Assembly (NCBI GenBank): GCA_037134875.1
Contig: JBAXLH010000001.1
Span: 106,646 to 170,645, forward strand
DNA length: 64,000 nt
Origin: a bacterium
GTDB taxonomy: Bacteria; Patescibacteriota; Minisyncoccia; Phycocordibacterales; DATDWN01
Direction: 5' to 3'
The translations under genes and the position numbers were made by a program. Shown here one piece after another: positions 1 to 10,173 of this stretch; within the stretch, counting starts at the first letter, position 1; every line of letters begins with the position of its first letter. The notes under the pieces are model-generated. The model saw only the letters and a program-made list of their open reading frames with translations, searched no databases and was not told where the DNA came from.

Positions 1-2948
1 AAGACAGATTTCGACTTGTTCTCCTTGCAGTAGATCAGATTGGCTACAAAAATCTCATCAAACTTGTTACATATTCACACATCGAGGGTTTCTATTACAA
101 ACCACGACTCGACAGAGAACTGTTGGAAAAATATAAAGAAGGTTTGATTGCCATCTCGCCGTCATTTGCTGGAGATGTAGTCAAATCACTCACTCTTCGT
201 GACAAAGAAAAAGCTCTGGAAAAAGTGGAGTGGTACAAAAAAACATTTGGATCGGAAAATTTCTTTTTGGAAATCACTCATCATCCAGAAATAAAAGGCC
301 ACGAGGAAAAAATGAAAAACCTTGTCGATTTTGCCCGCGAAACAAATATAAATATAATGGCAGCACACGATGTGTACTATCTAGACCCAGCCGACCGGCT
401 CGCTCGCGAAACACTTATGGCAGTGCAAAACAACGCGGATATTTCTGACAAAATGAGCTCTGGCGACACCGAGGATTTTTCTTTTATTTCTCCAGAAAAA
501 GCAGAAGAATTTTTTGCGAGCCTACCAGATGCACTCCAAAACACTGAAAAAATAGCCGAGAGGTGCAATCTCGCACTCACACTCGGTAAATGGCTTTTCC
601 CGCAGTACATCGTGGAAAGTGGACTTTCTGCTGATGATGAGCTCCGCAAAATCACAGAGGAAGGAATAGCAAAGCGCGGAGTACCAGACACACCCGAGAC
701 TCGCGAGAGAATGAACTACGAACTCAAAGTCATTGGCGACAAAGGATATGCACCATACTTTCTGGTGGTGTCCGACCTCTTGCGATTTGCCAGGGAAAAA
801 GGAATTCTCTCAAACATTCGAGGTTCGGTGTCCGGCTCTCTTGTTACGTATCTCTCCGGCATTACAAACATCAACCCAATTGAATATGAAATTCCATTCG
901 AGCGATTTCTCAATCCCGATCGACCATCCGCTCCCGATATTGATATGGACTTTGCCGACGACAGACGTGACGAAATGATTGAATATGCACGAGAAAAATA
1001 TGGTGCAGACAAAGTTGCACAAATCGGAACATTTGGAACAATGGCTGCGCGCGGATCCGTGAGGGACGTGACACGCGCAATGGGACTTCCGTACGGAGTC
1101 GGAGACTCGATAGCCAAACTGATTCCGATGGGTTCACAAGGTTTTCCAATGACCATCGACAAAGCAATGGAAGATGTTGAGGAACTCAAAGAAAGATACA
1201 AAAATGAACCCGACGTCAAAAAGATTATTGATATGGCGAAAAAAATTGAAGGTTGCGCCAGACATATGGGAGTTCACGCAGCTGGTGTGGTGATTTCTCC
1301 GATGCCACTCACTGATATTGTACCGCTACAATACGATCCAAAAGGCGAAGGGAAAATTATCACGCAATACGATATGTATAGTGTGGACGAAAACAATGCC
1401 GGACTTTTGAAATTTGACTTTCTTGGTCTCAAAAACCTTTCAATCATCGCCGACACAATCAACCTCATCAAACATACAACTGGTGTAGTTGTTGACCCCG
1501 ACACAATGCCGATCAATGACAAAAAAACATTTCAGATGCTCGCCAAAGGAGACACGACTGACCTCTTTCAGCTCAATGGCGAAGGAATGACAAAATTTTT
1601 GGTTGATCTCAAGCCAAATACAATCCACGATATCAATGCCATGGTGGCACTCTACCGTCCTGGTCCAATTCAATTCATTCCCGACTACATCAAGCGAAAA
1701 CATAATCCGAAACTCATCACATATCTCGATCCAGCACTCGAACCGATTTTGAAAAAAACAAATGGAATTTTGGTGTACCAAGACGACCTCCTCATGATGG
1801 CACACAAACTCGCTGGTTATACTTGGGGTGAGGTAGACAAATTCCGCAAAGCCGTCGGTAAAAAAATCCCCGAAGAAATGGAAAAACAAAAAGAAAAATT
1901 TATAAACGGCTGTGTCGAACATTCCGGGTGGCCACTTAGGAAAGCACAGGAAATCTGGGGCTGGATCGAGCCCTTTGCGTCGTACGGTTTCAACAAAGCA
2001 CACTCGGTTTCCTATGGACGAGTGGCGTATCAGACTGCATACCTCAAAGCAAACTTTCCCGCAGAATATATGGCGAGTGTCCTCACACACGAGGCCGGCG
2101 ATGTAGACAAAGTCGCCGAATCAATCGCGGAATGTAAACGAATCGGCATTAGTATTTTGCCACCAGACATAAATGAATCGTTCAAGGATTTTACTGTTAT
2201 CAAATCAACCGGAGATGGCAAGGCAGATGCAATCCGTTTCGGACTCAAGACAATTAAAAACTTTGGCGAAGGAATTGCAGACTCTATTATTGCCGAGCGC
2301 AAAAAAAATGGACCGTTCACCAGTCTCTCAGAATTTCTCACTCGTGTGACAGACAAAAATCTCAACAAAAAATCTTTGGAGTCTCTCATCAAAGCCGGTG
2401 CACTCGATGCATTCAGTGACAGGCATACGCTCCTCCACAACCTCGACCGACTCCTGACATTTCACAAAGAAGAAAGCACAAAAGAGTCTGCTCAAGATTC
2501 CCTCTTTTCTCTTTTTGGTGGAGGTGGTCACTCAGAGCTAGCTCTAGAAAAAGCTCCGACGAGTAATCCGACTGATCAGCTCCTGTGGGAAAAAGAACTT
2601 CTGGGATTGTACATTTCTGGTCACCCACTCGACAGCTTCAAACAAAAACTTGCAACTCGTGACACAGATATCAAAAAAATAAAAGAGCGATCAAAAGATA
2701 AACAAACCGTCGTCTTTGGTGGCATTATTGAAGAAATGAAAGATATCGTCACAAAAAAAGGAGACAAAATGCTGTTCCTCCGTGTCGCTGATATGTCTGA
2801 CTCGATTGAGTGCGTGGTATTTCCAAAAGTTCTTGAGGAATTTCAAGATGTGCTCATTCCGGAAGCCTGTATTGTCATCAAAGGCACATTTTCTACACGC
2901 AATGAAGGCAAAAGTGTTATCGCGGAGAAAATAAAAGCTTTGGAATAA
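1..2948 (+). CDS. dnaE: DNA polymerase III alpha subunit (DnaE), 5'-truncated by window edge
   Basis: ORF open to position 1 in the same frame. Long DnaE-like protein with a C-terminal OB-fold region. Confidence 0.85.
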   Translation, partial: DRFRLVLLAVDQIGYKNLIKLVTYSHIEGFYYKPRLDRELLEKYKEGLIAISPSFAGDVVKSLTLRDKEKALEKVEWYKKTFGSENFFLEITHHPEIKGHEEKMKNLVDFARETNINIMAAHDVYYLDPADRLARETLMAVQNNADISDKMSSGDTEDFSFISPEKAEEFFASLPDALQNTEKIAERCNLALTLGKWLFPQYIVESGLSADDELRKITEEGIAKRGVPDTPETRERMNYELKVIGDKGYAPYFLVVSDLLRFAREKGILSNIRGSVSGSLVTYLSGITNINPIEYEIPFERFLNPDRPSAPDIDMDFADDRRDEMIEYAREKYGADKVAQIGTFGTMAARGSVRDVTRAMGLPYGVGDSIAKLIPMGSQGFPMTIDKAMEDVEELKERYKNEPDVKKIIDMAKKIEGCARHMGVHAAGVVISPMPLTDIVPLQYDPKGEGKIITQYDMYSVDENNAGLLKFDFLGLKNLSIIADTINLIKHTTGVVVDPDTMPINDKKTFQMLAKGDTTDLFQLNGEGMTKFLVDLKPNTIHDINAMVALYRPGPIQFIPDYIKRKHNPKLITYLDPALEPILKKTNGILVYQDDLLMMAHKLAGYTWGEVDKFRKAVGKKIPEEMEKQKEKFINGCVEHSGWPLRKAQEIWGWIEPFASYGFNKAHSVSYGRVAYQTAYLKANFPAEYMASVLTHEAGDVDKVAESIAECKRIGISILPPDINESFKDFTVIKSTGDGKADAIRFGLKTIKNFGEGIADSIIAERKKNGPFTSLSEFLTRVTDKNLNKKSLESLIKAGALDAFSDRHTLLHNLDRLLTFHKEESTKESAQDSLFSLFGGGGHSELALEKAPTSNPTDQLLWEKELLGLYISGHPLDSFKQKLATRDTDIKKIKERSKDKQTVVFGGIIEEMKDIVTKKGDKMLFLRVADMSDSIECVVFPKVLEEFQDVLIPEACIVIKGTFSTRNEGKSVIAEKIKALE

Positions 2949-2968
2949 AAGGAAACAAACTAAATTCT

Positions 2969-3149
2969 CCAAGACACGCATAAAGCCCTACTGGGGCTTT
3001 TGCTATGCTCGGAAATCAAGAAAACAATCGTCCTCACTCCAGAGCCTTCTCGCAAACTCGCTTTGCTCGCCCCTTCTTGCAGAGGGGTTGAGTGCTTCAG
3101 GCTTCTTTCCGTTCGTCGTTGTTTTCTAATTTCCTGCGCAATGTCTTGG
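2969..3149. repeat. ~180-nt structured intergenic element, copy 1 (candidate ncRNA or MITE-like element)
   Basis: Near-identical second copy at 50622-50801. 8-bp terminal inverted repeat ccaagaca/tgtcttgg. The internal hairpin aagccctactggggctt is replaced in copy 2 by attcgcttgctagcgaat, which is fully compensatory. Confidence 0.55.
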
Positions 3150-3243
3150 ATAATTCAGTTTGTTTCTTCAAATATCATAATTAATACAAAAAAAAGATCA
3201 CTGGGCGTACCATATGATCATTATTGTGTCCGCAGACACATAT

Positions 3244-4158
3244 CTATTTTAAGATTTTCGAATCGACTCCGGTCGTGTTGCAGATCCGGGCTTTCACATT
3301 GAACTTAGAAATTATGGATCGGAAATCGTCCTCGTGTACAAATCCGTACACAATTGCCACATTGGTTTTCCCTGTGGCTTGCATATCTCGGAGAGCTTTG
3401 GTGACAACATAGGCACTCCTCATCTCCGACAACGACGTAATAAGGGAACGTGTATTTGAAACCGGAAATTCCCTATTAACAAGTTTTGCCATAAGTGCAG
3501 TAAATGGCAGTGACTCGCCCGCCACAAAGTTTGCACTCGTGTCAGCTTCAATCTTTCTCCAATCATTTTGTGACGTCCATCTGCCACGCAACAATTCCAC
3601 AAGCTTTGGAACAGTCTGCATTGGAGATGTAACATCCACTCCCTGATCTCGCAAAAAGCTTGCGAGTGGAGAATTCTTTTCATATTTCAATCTTCCAAAT
3701 ATCTCCATGGCTTCTGCTACTGGAGAGAAACCATCGAGACTTGATCCTTCCATCAGGATCATTTCGTATTTATTTTTTTGAATGAAATCCGAAATGAGTT
3801 TTCTGCTTTGTGATGGATCAAACCGAACCGCCTGACCCGTAGTAGCATCCTCATGGATCTGCAAAAGAAAATCTATCGAACCTTTTGTCTCAGAATTCGA
3901 CAGTGCCTTGAATGAAGTACGAAGTCGTTCGCACTCATTAATTACATCAGATGCAAGCAGAGACTCTTGCGGAGATCTCTTGCTGACGACCTGCATAATT
4001 TCAATAATATAATCCAGCTCACGATCCAAATTGACCGCGCCTGTGGTTTGTTGTACCACTTCACAGACACCAACATCCGTCTGTTTGAAAAGTCTCGGAA
4101 TGTACACGACGGCAATCCCGAGTACTAGCAAACCTACAAAAATCTTTGCTTTTTTCAT
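3244..4158 (-). CDS. hypothetical membrane-anchored protein (N-terminal signal anchor)
   Basis: 304-aa ORF from MKKAKIFVGLLVLGIAVVY. Hydrophobic N-terminus. No recognisable catalytic motif. Confidence 0.45.
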   Translation of the reverse strand: MKKAKIFVGLLVLGIAVVYIPRLFKQTDVGVCEVVQQTTGAVNLDRELDYIIEIMQVVSKRSPQESLLASDVINECERLRTSFKALSNSETKGSIDFLLQIHEDATTGQAVRFDPSQSRKLISDFIQKNKYEMILMEGSSLDGFSPVAEAMEIFGRLKYEKNSPLASFLRDQGVDVTSPMQTVPKLVELLRGRWTSQNDWRKIEADTSANFVAGESLPFTALMAKLVNREFPVSNTRSLITSLSEMRSAYVVTKALRDMQATGKTNVAIVYGFVHEDDFRSIISKFNVKARICNTTGVDSKILK

Positions 4159-4240
4159 TTTTGCTCCAAAAATAAAATAACATAAAATTTGAAGTATTGT
4201 CAATGTCTACCAAATTCACAAAAAGTGTTATATTTGTTAT

Positions 4241-5998
4241 ATGGAAAACAAAAATCTAGAGCTTGTTCGTCATTCCCTCTCACACCTTATGAGTATGGCG
4301 GTGCAAGAAATTTATCCGCAGGTTGGTCTCGGGGTTGGACCAGTTATTGAAAATGGTTTTTATCAGGACTATGACTTCCCCGAAGTCGTCACTCCGGAGC
4401 TTTTGCCAAAACTCGAAAAGAGAATGCGCGAACTCATCAAAGAAAACATAAAATTTGAGCAACACGATATAGATTTTGATACAGCTTTGAAACTCTACAA
4501 AAATGATCCATACAAAACAGAACTCATTAACGACCTCAAAACTGCTGGCGAGAAAAAAGTTAGCTTTTACAAATCCGGTGATTTTGATAACCTCTGCGCC
4601 GGTCCACACGTTGCCTCCACAAAAGAAATCAAACCAGACGCATTCAAGCTAACCCATATCGCCGGAGCATATTGGCGTGGCAATGAAAAAAATAAAATGC
4701 TTACTCGTATTTACGGTATTGCATTTGATTCAAAACAAGATTTGGAAGCGTATGAACTGCAACAAGAGGAGGCACGCAAACGCGACCACCGCATACTCGG
4801 CAAACAACTCGAGCTTTTTACATTTTCACCACTTGTTGGCTCGGGACTACCACTTTGGCTTCCCAAAGGTGCAACAGTTCGTCGTGTTATCGAGCGATTT
4901 ATTGTAGACACAGAACTCGAATGGGGATATTTGCATGTAAACACTCCTGACCTCGCCAAAATTGATCTCTACAAAACTTCCGGCCATTATCCATACTACA
5001 AAGAGTCAATGTATCCGCCAATCAAAATCGATGACGAGGAATTTATGCTCCGTCCGATGACATGCCCCCATCATTTTCAGATTTTTACTGACAAACCGAG
5101 AAGTTACAAAGAATTGCCAATGCGTATTGCCGAGCTGGCAAAACTATACAGATACGAAGCATCTGGCGAACTTACAGGACTTTTGCGTGTTCGAGGATTT
5201 TGTCTTGCCGACGCACATATTATTTGTGCCGACAGAGACCAAGCAAAAATGGAAGTGACTCAGGCACTCGACCTTATTGACTACGTTTCAAAAGTTTTTG
5301 GTCTCAAACAAGACATTGACTACTGGTACCGACTTTCAAAAGGCGACAGAAATGATGAGAAAAAATATTATAAAAATGACCAAGGCTGGGACGAGGGCGA
5401 ACAAGTGCTCCGAGAGGTTTTGCAAGAAAGAAAATGCAAGTTTTATGAAGCAGAAAATGAAGCCGCTTTTTATGGACCAAAAATTGATGTCCAAATGAGA
5501 GATGTGCGAGGAAAAGAAAATACTGCGTTTACCGTGCAATACGATTTCTGCCTACCAGATCGATTTGATTTGAAATATGTAAACAAAGAAGGTAAAGAAC
5601 AACGAGCACTCGTCGTGCACAGATCATCTGTCGGAGCTATCGAACGAGTGATGGCATTCCTCATCGAGCATTACGCCGGCAACTTCCCTCTCTGGCTCGC
5701 ACCAGTGCAAGTCAAAGTGATTCCTGTTCGAACAAACCACAACGAGTATGCAAAAAGGGTGTACGAGCTTTTGCGAAAAGCAGATGTGCGAGTGGAGTTT
5801 GATGATGCAGACTCAAACCTCGGTGGCAAAGTTCGTGACGCAAAAAATAACAAAATTCCATACTGGATTGTTATCGGAGACAAAGAAGTTGAAGCAAACG
5901 AAGTCACACTGGAGTCTCGTGACGCCGGACAAATCGGTAAAATGTCAGTCGATGATCTCACCAAAAAATTGACTGAAGAAATAAGAGAGAAAAAATAA
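4241..5998 (+). CDS. thrS: threonyl-tRNA synthetase, lacking N-terminal TGS domain
   Basis: Class II aaRS core plus C-terminal anticodon-binding domain. Editing-domain HxxxH motif (RHSLSHLMSMAV) sits at the N-terminus. 585 aa. Confidence 0.9.
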   Translation: MENKNLELVRHSLSHLMSMAVQEIYPQVGLGVGPVIENGFYQDYDFPEVVTPELLPKLEKRMRELIKENIKFEQHDIDFDTALKLYKNDPYKTELINDLKTAGEKKVSFYKSGDFDNLCAGPHVASTKEIKPDAFKLTHIAGAYWRGNEKNKMLTRIYGIAFDSKQDLEAYELQQEEARKRDHRILGKQLELFTFSPLVGSGLPLWLPKGATVRRVIERFIVDTELEWGYLHVNTPDLAKIDLYKTSGHYPYYKESMYPPIKIDDEEFMLRPMTCPHHFQIFTDKPRSYKELPMRIAELAKLYRYEASGELTGLLRVRGFCLADAHIICADRDQAKMEVTQALDLIDYVSKVFGLKQDIDYWYRLSKGDRNDEKKYYKNDQGWDEGEQVLREVLQERKCKFYEAENEAAFYGPKIDVQMRDVRGKENTAFTVQYDFCLPDRFDLKYVNKEGKEQRALVVHRSSVGAIERVMAFLIEHYAGNFPLWLAPVQVKVIPVRTNHNEYAKRVYELLRKADVRVEFDDADSNLGGKVRDAKNNKIPYWIVIGDKEVEANEVTLESRDAGQIGKMSVDDLTKKLTEEIREKK

Positions 5999-6054
5999 AA
6001 AATAAAAACAACCCAAAACTTTCACAATTTGGATGAGATTCGACGTTGAGAAAT

Positions 6055-6100
6055 AAAAAATACTCGGAGACGTACAAGAGTACGTTGACGAGTATTTTTT
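6055..6100. terminator. bidirectional rho-independent terminator between convergent thrS and gyrB (member of hairpin motif family)
   Basis: A-tract, then 12-bp outer stem aaaaaatactcg/cgagtatttttt enclosing inner hairpin acgtac-aaga-gtacgt, then T-tract. Confidence 0.55.
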
Positions 6101-6139
6101 ATTTCGAAACTAGAATATCGCCAAATTTGGAAGTTTTGG

Positions 6140-8272
6140 TTAGATGTCGAGAGTGGCAGTGTTGGCGTTTGACTGTATAAACGACTTTCTCGCCGGCACA
6201 TCCGTACCCATAAGCACATCAAAAACTTTGTCGGCAGCAACAGTATCCGCGATAGCGACTTGGAGCAAAATTCTGCGAGCCGGATCCATTGTTGTCTCCC
6301 AAAGTTCCTCGGCGTTCATTTCTCCGAGACCTTTGTATCGCTGAATAGAAATTTTGGATGTTTTTGGTTTGTCGTCTTTTTTGCCTTTTTTGTTTTCTGT
6401 TTCTTCCGATTCCTCGTCTTCGTCAGTAGCTTCTTCGCCACTTTCTACCTCGACAATCTCATCTTCTTTCACATCTTTTCCGACAATAGCAAACTTCTCT
6501 TCGTCTGAATATGCATAATGAACCTCCTTTCCTTTTTTGATTTTGAAAAGTGGTGGCTGTGCGATGTACACAAAACCTCCATCGATGAGCGGACGGAAAA
6601 ATCTATACAACAAAGTCAAAATGAGTGTGCGAATATGTGCGCCGTCCACGTCGGCATCTGTTGCAATAATTATTTTGTGATAGCGGAGTTTAGAAATATC
6701 AAACGTATCTCCGATCGCAGTGCCGAGAGCCACGACAAGATTTTTGATTTGCTCAGACTCGAGCATTCTATCGAGTCGCGCTCTCTCGATGTTGAGAATT
6801 TTTCCTCGCAAAGGAAGTATCGCCTGTGTACGTCGGTCACGACCGGTTTTTGCTGTACCTCCAGCAGAATCTCCCTCCACAATAAAGAGTTCTGACTCCT
6901 CTGCTGATTTGCTCTGACAGTCAGCAAGCTTGCCAGGAAGCGTCATTCCCTCGAGTGCACCTTTGCGGAGCACCGAATCCTTTGCGGCTTTTGCTGCCTT
7001 TCGAGCTTTGAGTGCGAGCACAACTTTGCCAATGATGGCCTTTGCGTCGTCAGGATTTTCTTCCAAAAAGTAATTGAACGCCTCTGAGAAAACAGAGTTT
7101 ACACTCGCCTGTGCCTCCACAGTTCCGAGTTTTGCTTTTGTTTGTCCTTCAAACTGAATTTCACGGAGCTTTACAGAGATAACGGCAGTAAGTCCTTCGA
7201 GCACATCCTCGCCAGTAAAATTGTCTTCACTTTCTTTTATCAGATTATTTTTTCGGCCATAGGCATTGAGTGTTCGTGTCAGAGCAGTTTTGAAACCAGT
7301 CACGTGTGTACCGCCTTCTGGGTTATAAATATTGTTTGCAAATGGCAAAATACGAGAAGAAATATCATCAACATATTGGAGCGAAACTTCGACTGACTCG
7401 TACTCGTTTGTCTTTTTTTCTATATAGAAAACATTTTTGTGAATTGGCTTGAGCGTACTGTTATAAAATTTGACGAGAGAGAGCAAGCCACCTTCGAAAT
7501 AAAATGACATTGATGGAATCTCCAAACCGAGCTCGGAAATTTTGAATACATCATCATCTTTTATTTTGCCAATATATTCACTCGCATCATTGACTGTAAT
7601 ATGCAAACCTTTGACGAGATATGCCTGCTGGCGAAGATGATCAACAACACGCTTGGCGTCAAATTTTATTTCTGGGAAAATCGCTGGGTCTGGCTCAAAT
7701 GTTACAATCGTGCCTGTGAGTTTTGTGCTACCGATTTTTTTGACCGCAGCTTTTTTCTTGCCTTGTGAATATTCCTGCATGTAAATACCACCCTCCTTGT
7801 GAACAACGACTTTACAATAAATAGAAAGTGCGTTGACCACAGATGCACCCACACCGTGGAGACCTCCGGAAACTTTGTATCCACCATCCTCACCACCAAA
7901 TTTTCCTCCAGCGTGGAGAGTAGTCATAATCGTTTCCAGAGCAGAAACTTTTGTTTGTTTGTGAATATCCACCGGAATACCTCGGCCGTTGTCTGTGACA
8001 CGAATGCGATTGTCTGGGAGCAGAGTCACTTCTATTTCGTCTGCAAAACCTCCCATCGCTTCATCGCGAGAGTTATCAAAAATTTCCCAAATGAGATGGT
8101 GGAGTCCGTCTGGACCAGTCGTACCAATGTACATTCCCGGTCGCTTTCGCACCGGTTCTAGTCCTTCCAAAATCTGGATTGCATCTGCACCATAACTGTC
8201 TTTCTTTGACTCGCCGTAGCCTTTGCCGGAGGCAGTTTTGGCCGTTTTTTCAGCCTTTTTTGATGTCGCCAT
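6140..8272 (-). CDS. gyrB: DNA gyrase subunit B
   Basis: GHKL ATPase motifs (HAGGKFGG...GLHGVGASVVNALS), Toprim region and QRYKGLGEM. Acidic insertion in the C-terminal part. Confidence 0.9.
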   Translation of the reverse strand: MATSKKAEKTAKTASGKGYGESKKDSYGADAIQILEGLEPVRKRPGMYIGTTGPDGLHHLIWEIFDNSRDEAMGGFADEIEVTLLPDNRIRVTDNGRGIPVDIHKQTKVSALETIMTTLHAGGKFGGEDGGYKVSGGLHGVGASVVNALSIYCKVVVHKEGGIYMQEYSQGKKKAAVKKIGSTKLTGTIVTFEPDPAIFPEIKFDAKRVVDHLRQQAYLVKGLHITVNDASEYIGKIKDDDVFKISELGLEIPSMSFYFEGGLLSLVKFYNSTLKPIHKNVFYIEKKTNEYESVEVSLQYVDDISSRILPFANNIYNPEGGTHVTGFKTALTRTLNAYGRKNNLIKESEDNFTGEDVLEGLTAVISVKLREIQFEGQTKAKLGTVEAQASVNSVFSEAFNYFLEENPDDAKAIIGKVVLALKARKAAKAAKDSVLRKGALEGMTLPGKLADCQSKSAEESELFIVEGDSAGGTAKTGRDRRTQAILPLRGKILNIERARLDRMLESEQIKNLVVALGTAIGDTFDISKLRYHKIIIATDADVDGAHIRTLILTLLYRFFRPLIDGGFVYIAQPPLFKIKKGKEVHYAYSDEEKFAIVGKDVKEDEIVEVESGEEATDEDEESEETENKKGKKDDKPKTSKISIQRYKGLGEMNAEELWETTMDPARRILLQVAIADTVAADKVFDVLMGTDVPARKSFIQSNANTATLDI

Positions 8273-8333
8273 AGGTATATATTATAGCAAAAAAAGGTAA
8301 GGACAACAAGTGAATTTTGTGTGGATTTTTATA

Positions 8334-8376
8334 TAAAAAAATCCCAGCAGAATGCTCTTTGAGCACCCCACTGGGT
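8334..8376 (-). terminator. rho-independent terminator downstream of 8383..8934 gene
   Basis: Minus-strand hairpin cccagtgggg...ctggg followed by a U7 tract. Confidence 0.45.
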
Positions 8377-8382
8377 TAATTA

Positions 8383-8934
8383 TTACCTACCTTTTGAGGG
8401 ACAGACTAGTCTGTCCGGAAGCTTGAATGGAAACGCGTTGATCCGTATTTCCATATAACCCGGGCCGGTTTCTTTCCCGGCCGGATTTTTCATAAGCGAC
8501 CACGTTGCTTCCGCAGTGGCCGGTGAAAAAAGTCCGTTAGGATCAGCTTGTGGAAGCCGAGTCGCTCCATAATGCCTGTCAGAACCAGGAGCTTTCAGGT
8601 TGTACGTCTGAACCGTCTCCGGTGCTGTGTACTGGGTAGCATACGGCAAGGGATACCCTACCGTTTCCCCCATATACAGGAAGCAGGCATTATAATCACT
8701 GAAGACATACGTATACGTGATCAAACCTGTCTGGTCACGTAGCTCCAGAATATCCTTAGCAAGCTTTCGCTCACGGAAATTCTTGATATTCGGCATACCC
8801 GTCTGGGCAGTAGCCTCATTCAAAAGTTTATTCTGCTGATCCCGTTGGACGTCGTTACTCGTCGGAGGCGGGGCACAAGCACAGCAAATCAAAAGAATGA
8901 AAATCGAAATGATTGCGATGATGTTTTTCAGCAT
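8383..8934 (-). CDS. hypothetical secreted/lipoprotein-like protein
   Basis: N-terminal signal peptide MLKNIIAIISIFILLICCACA. GC-rich relative to surroundings. Confidence 0.5.
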   Translation of the reverse strand: MLKNIIAIISIFILLICCACAPPPTSNDVQRDQQNKLLNEATAQTGMPNIKNFRERKLAKDILELRDQTGLITYTYVFSDYNACFLYMGETVGYPLPYATQYTAPETVQTYNLKAPGSDRHYGATRLPQADPNGLFSPATAEATWSLMKNPAGKETGPGYMEIRINAFPFKLPDRLVCPSKGR

Positions 8935-8967
8935 GATGACCTTTTCTCTTACAACGGAACCTCAATA

Positions 8968-9345
8968 CTACCGAGCTTCCATTCGTTCCTTGGTCAATTG
9001 TGCAATGAATGATCTCAGATCCGCCGGAACAATCGGATCTTCCATATTGAAACCAGATGTGCGATGCAAAATGATGCTAGCCAGAGCATCCTTTGCATTC
9101 TTGTCCGGGGTCTTAATATAGTCGAACCTCATGTTTTGAAGTTCCTGTACCATACCCGCGTTCCAAGAACGCGTTTGCTCGAAGACTTGCCGTTCGGCGG
9201 CAGCTTGCTTCGGCGCGAAATATTTGTACATAAAGAAATCATTGCCCTGGAAGACCCACGTCAGGGCCAAAACAACGATAACAAAAACGAGAAGATAAAA
9301 CACCATCTTCCCTATCGAAATATCATCGTAATCGGACATTTGCAA
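8968..9345 (-). CDS. hypothetical small membrane protein
   Basis: 125-aa ORF with one TM helix (FYLLVFVIVVLALTWVF). Co-oriented with the upstream lipoprotein gene. GC-rich. Confidence 0.45.
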   Translation of the reverse strand: MQMSDYDDISIGKMVFYLLVFVIVVLALTWVFQGNDFFMYKYFAPKQAAAERQVFEQTRSWNAGMVQELQNMRFDYIKTPDKNAKDALASIILHRTSGFNMEDPIVPADLRSFIAQLTKERMEAR

Positions 9346-9511
9346 CTTCCCTTTCAGAGAACAATTTCGTGATAGACATCACGAGTGAGCGGGTCACCAA
9401 GAATAGTTCCCGTACCGCGCGTATTTATAGCATACATAATTTTGCCTGTCAATAATAGTTTTTATTGACCTTTCGGGGTATTTAGAATAGTCTTTGTGGC
9501 GGAAGTGACAA

Positions 9512-10066
9512 ATGATATATCTCGCACGGCATGGCCGAAGTAAATATAATAATGAGGAATTGCTCAATGGGCAATTTGATGACCCACTCATTGAACAAGG
9601 AGAAAAAGAAGCCGAAATTTTGGCAAAAAAAGCTAGGATGTTGAGAATCGAGGAAATTTATTCTTCTCAACTCATCCGAGCATTTGTGACCGCAAGGATT
9701 GTTGCAACTACACTTGGAATAAGCAAAATAACTTCTCTCAAAGGTTTAAACGAAAGAGACTTTGGTAAGCTGACGCACCAGCCTGTCAGCAAAATCATTG
9801 AACTCTCCGATGTTGTTTTGAGAGCAAATGAAAATTCCATTTTTTGTTTGTCAGGACTTGGTGTGGAAACTTTTCCAAAACTCATTCAACGATTGAAACC
9901 AATATACCACGAACTTGTAAAGTGGAGATATTCAAAAGAGAGCATTCTTGTTGTGAGCCACGGCGATGTAATGAAAGCACTCGAAACAATTCATCGGGAT
10001 GTTGACTACCAACAAGTCCTGATGGAAGGACATTATCCGAACTGTCACATTGTACATTTGAAATAG
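9512..10066 (+). CDS. histidine phosphatase family protein (phosphoglycerate mutase-like)
   Basis: RHG motif (LARHGRS) and second catalytic His (SHGDVMKAL). Confidence 0.75.
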   Translation: MIYLARHGRSKYNNEELLNGQFDDPLIEQGEKEAEILAKKARMLRIEEIYSSQLIRAFVTARIVATTLGISKITSLKGLNERDFGKLTHQPVSKIIELSDVVLRANENSIFCLSGLGVETFPKLIQRLKPIYHELVKWRYSKESILVVSHGDVMKALETIHRDVDYQQVLMEGHYPNCHIVHLK

Positions 10067-10173
10067 TTCTGTTTATTTTATAATACTGCCGATAACGATC
10101 GGTGGTTTTTCTTTTTCCGGACAAACACCGCAAACCTTGAATTGTCGGCGAAATTGATTTACAATAAAAAATT

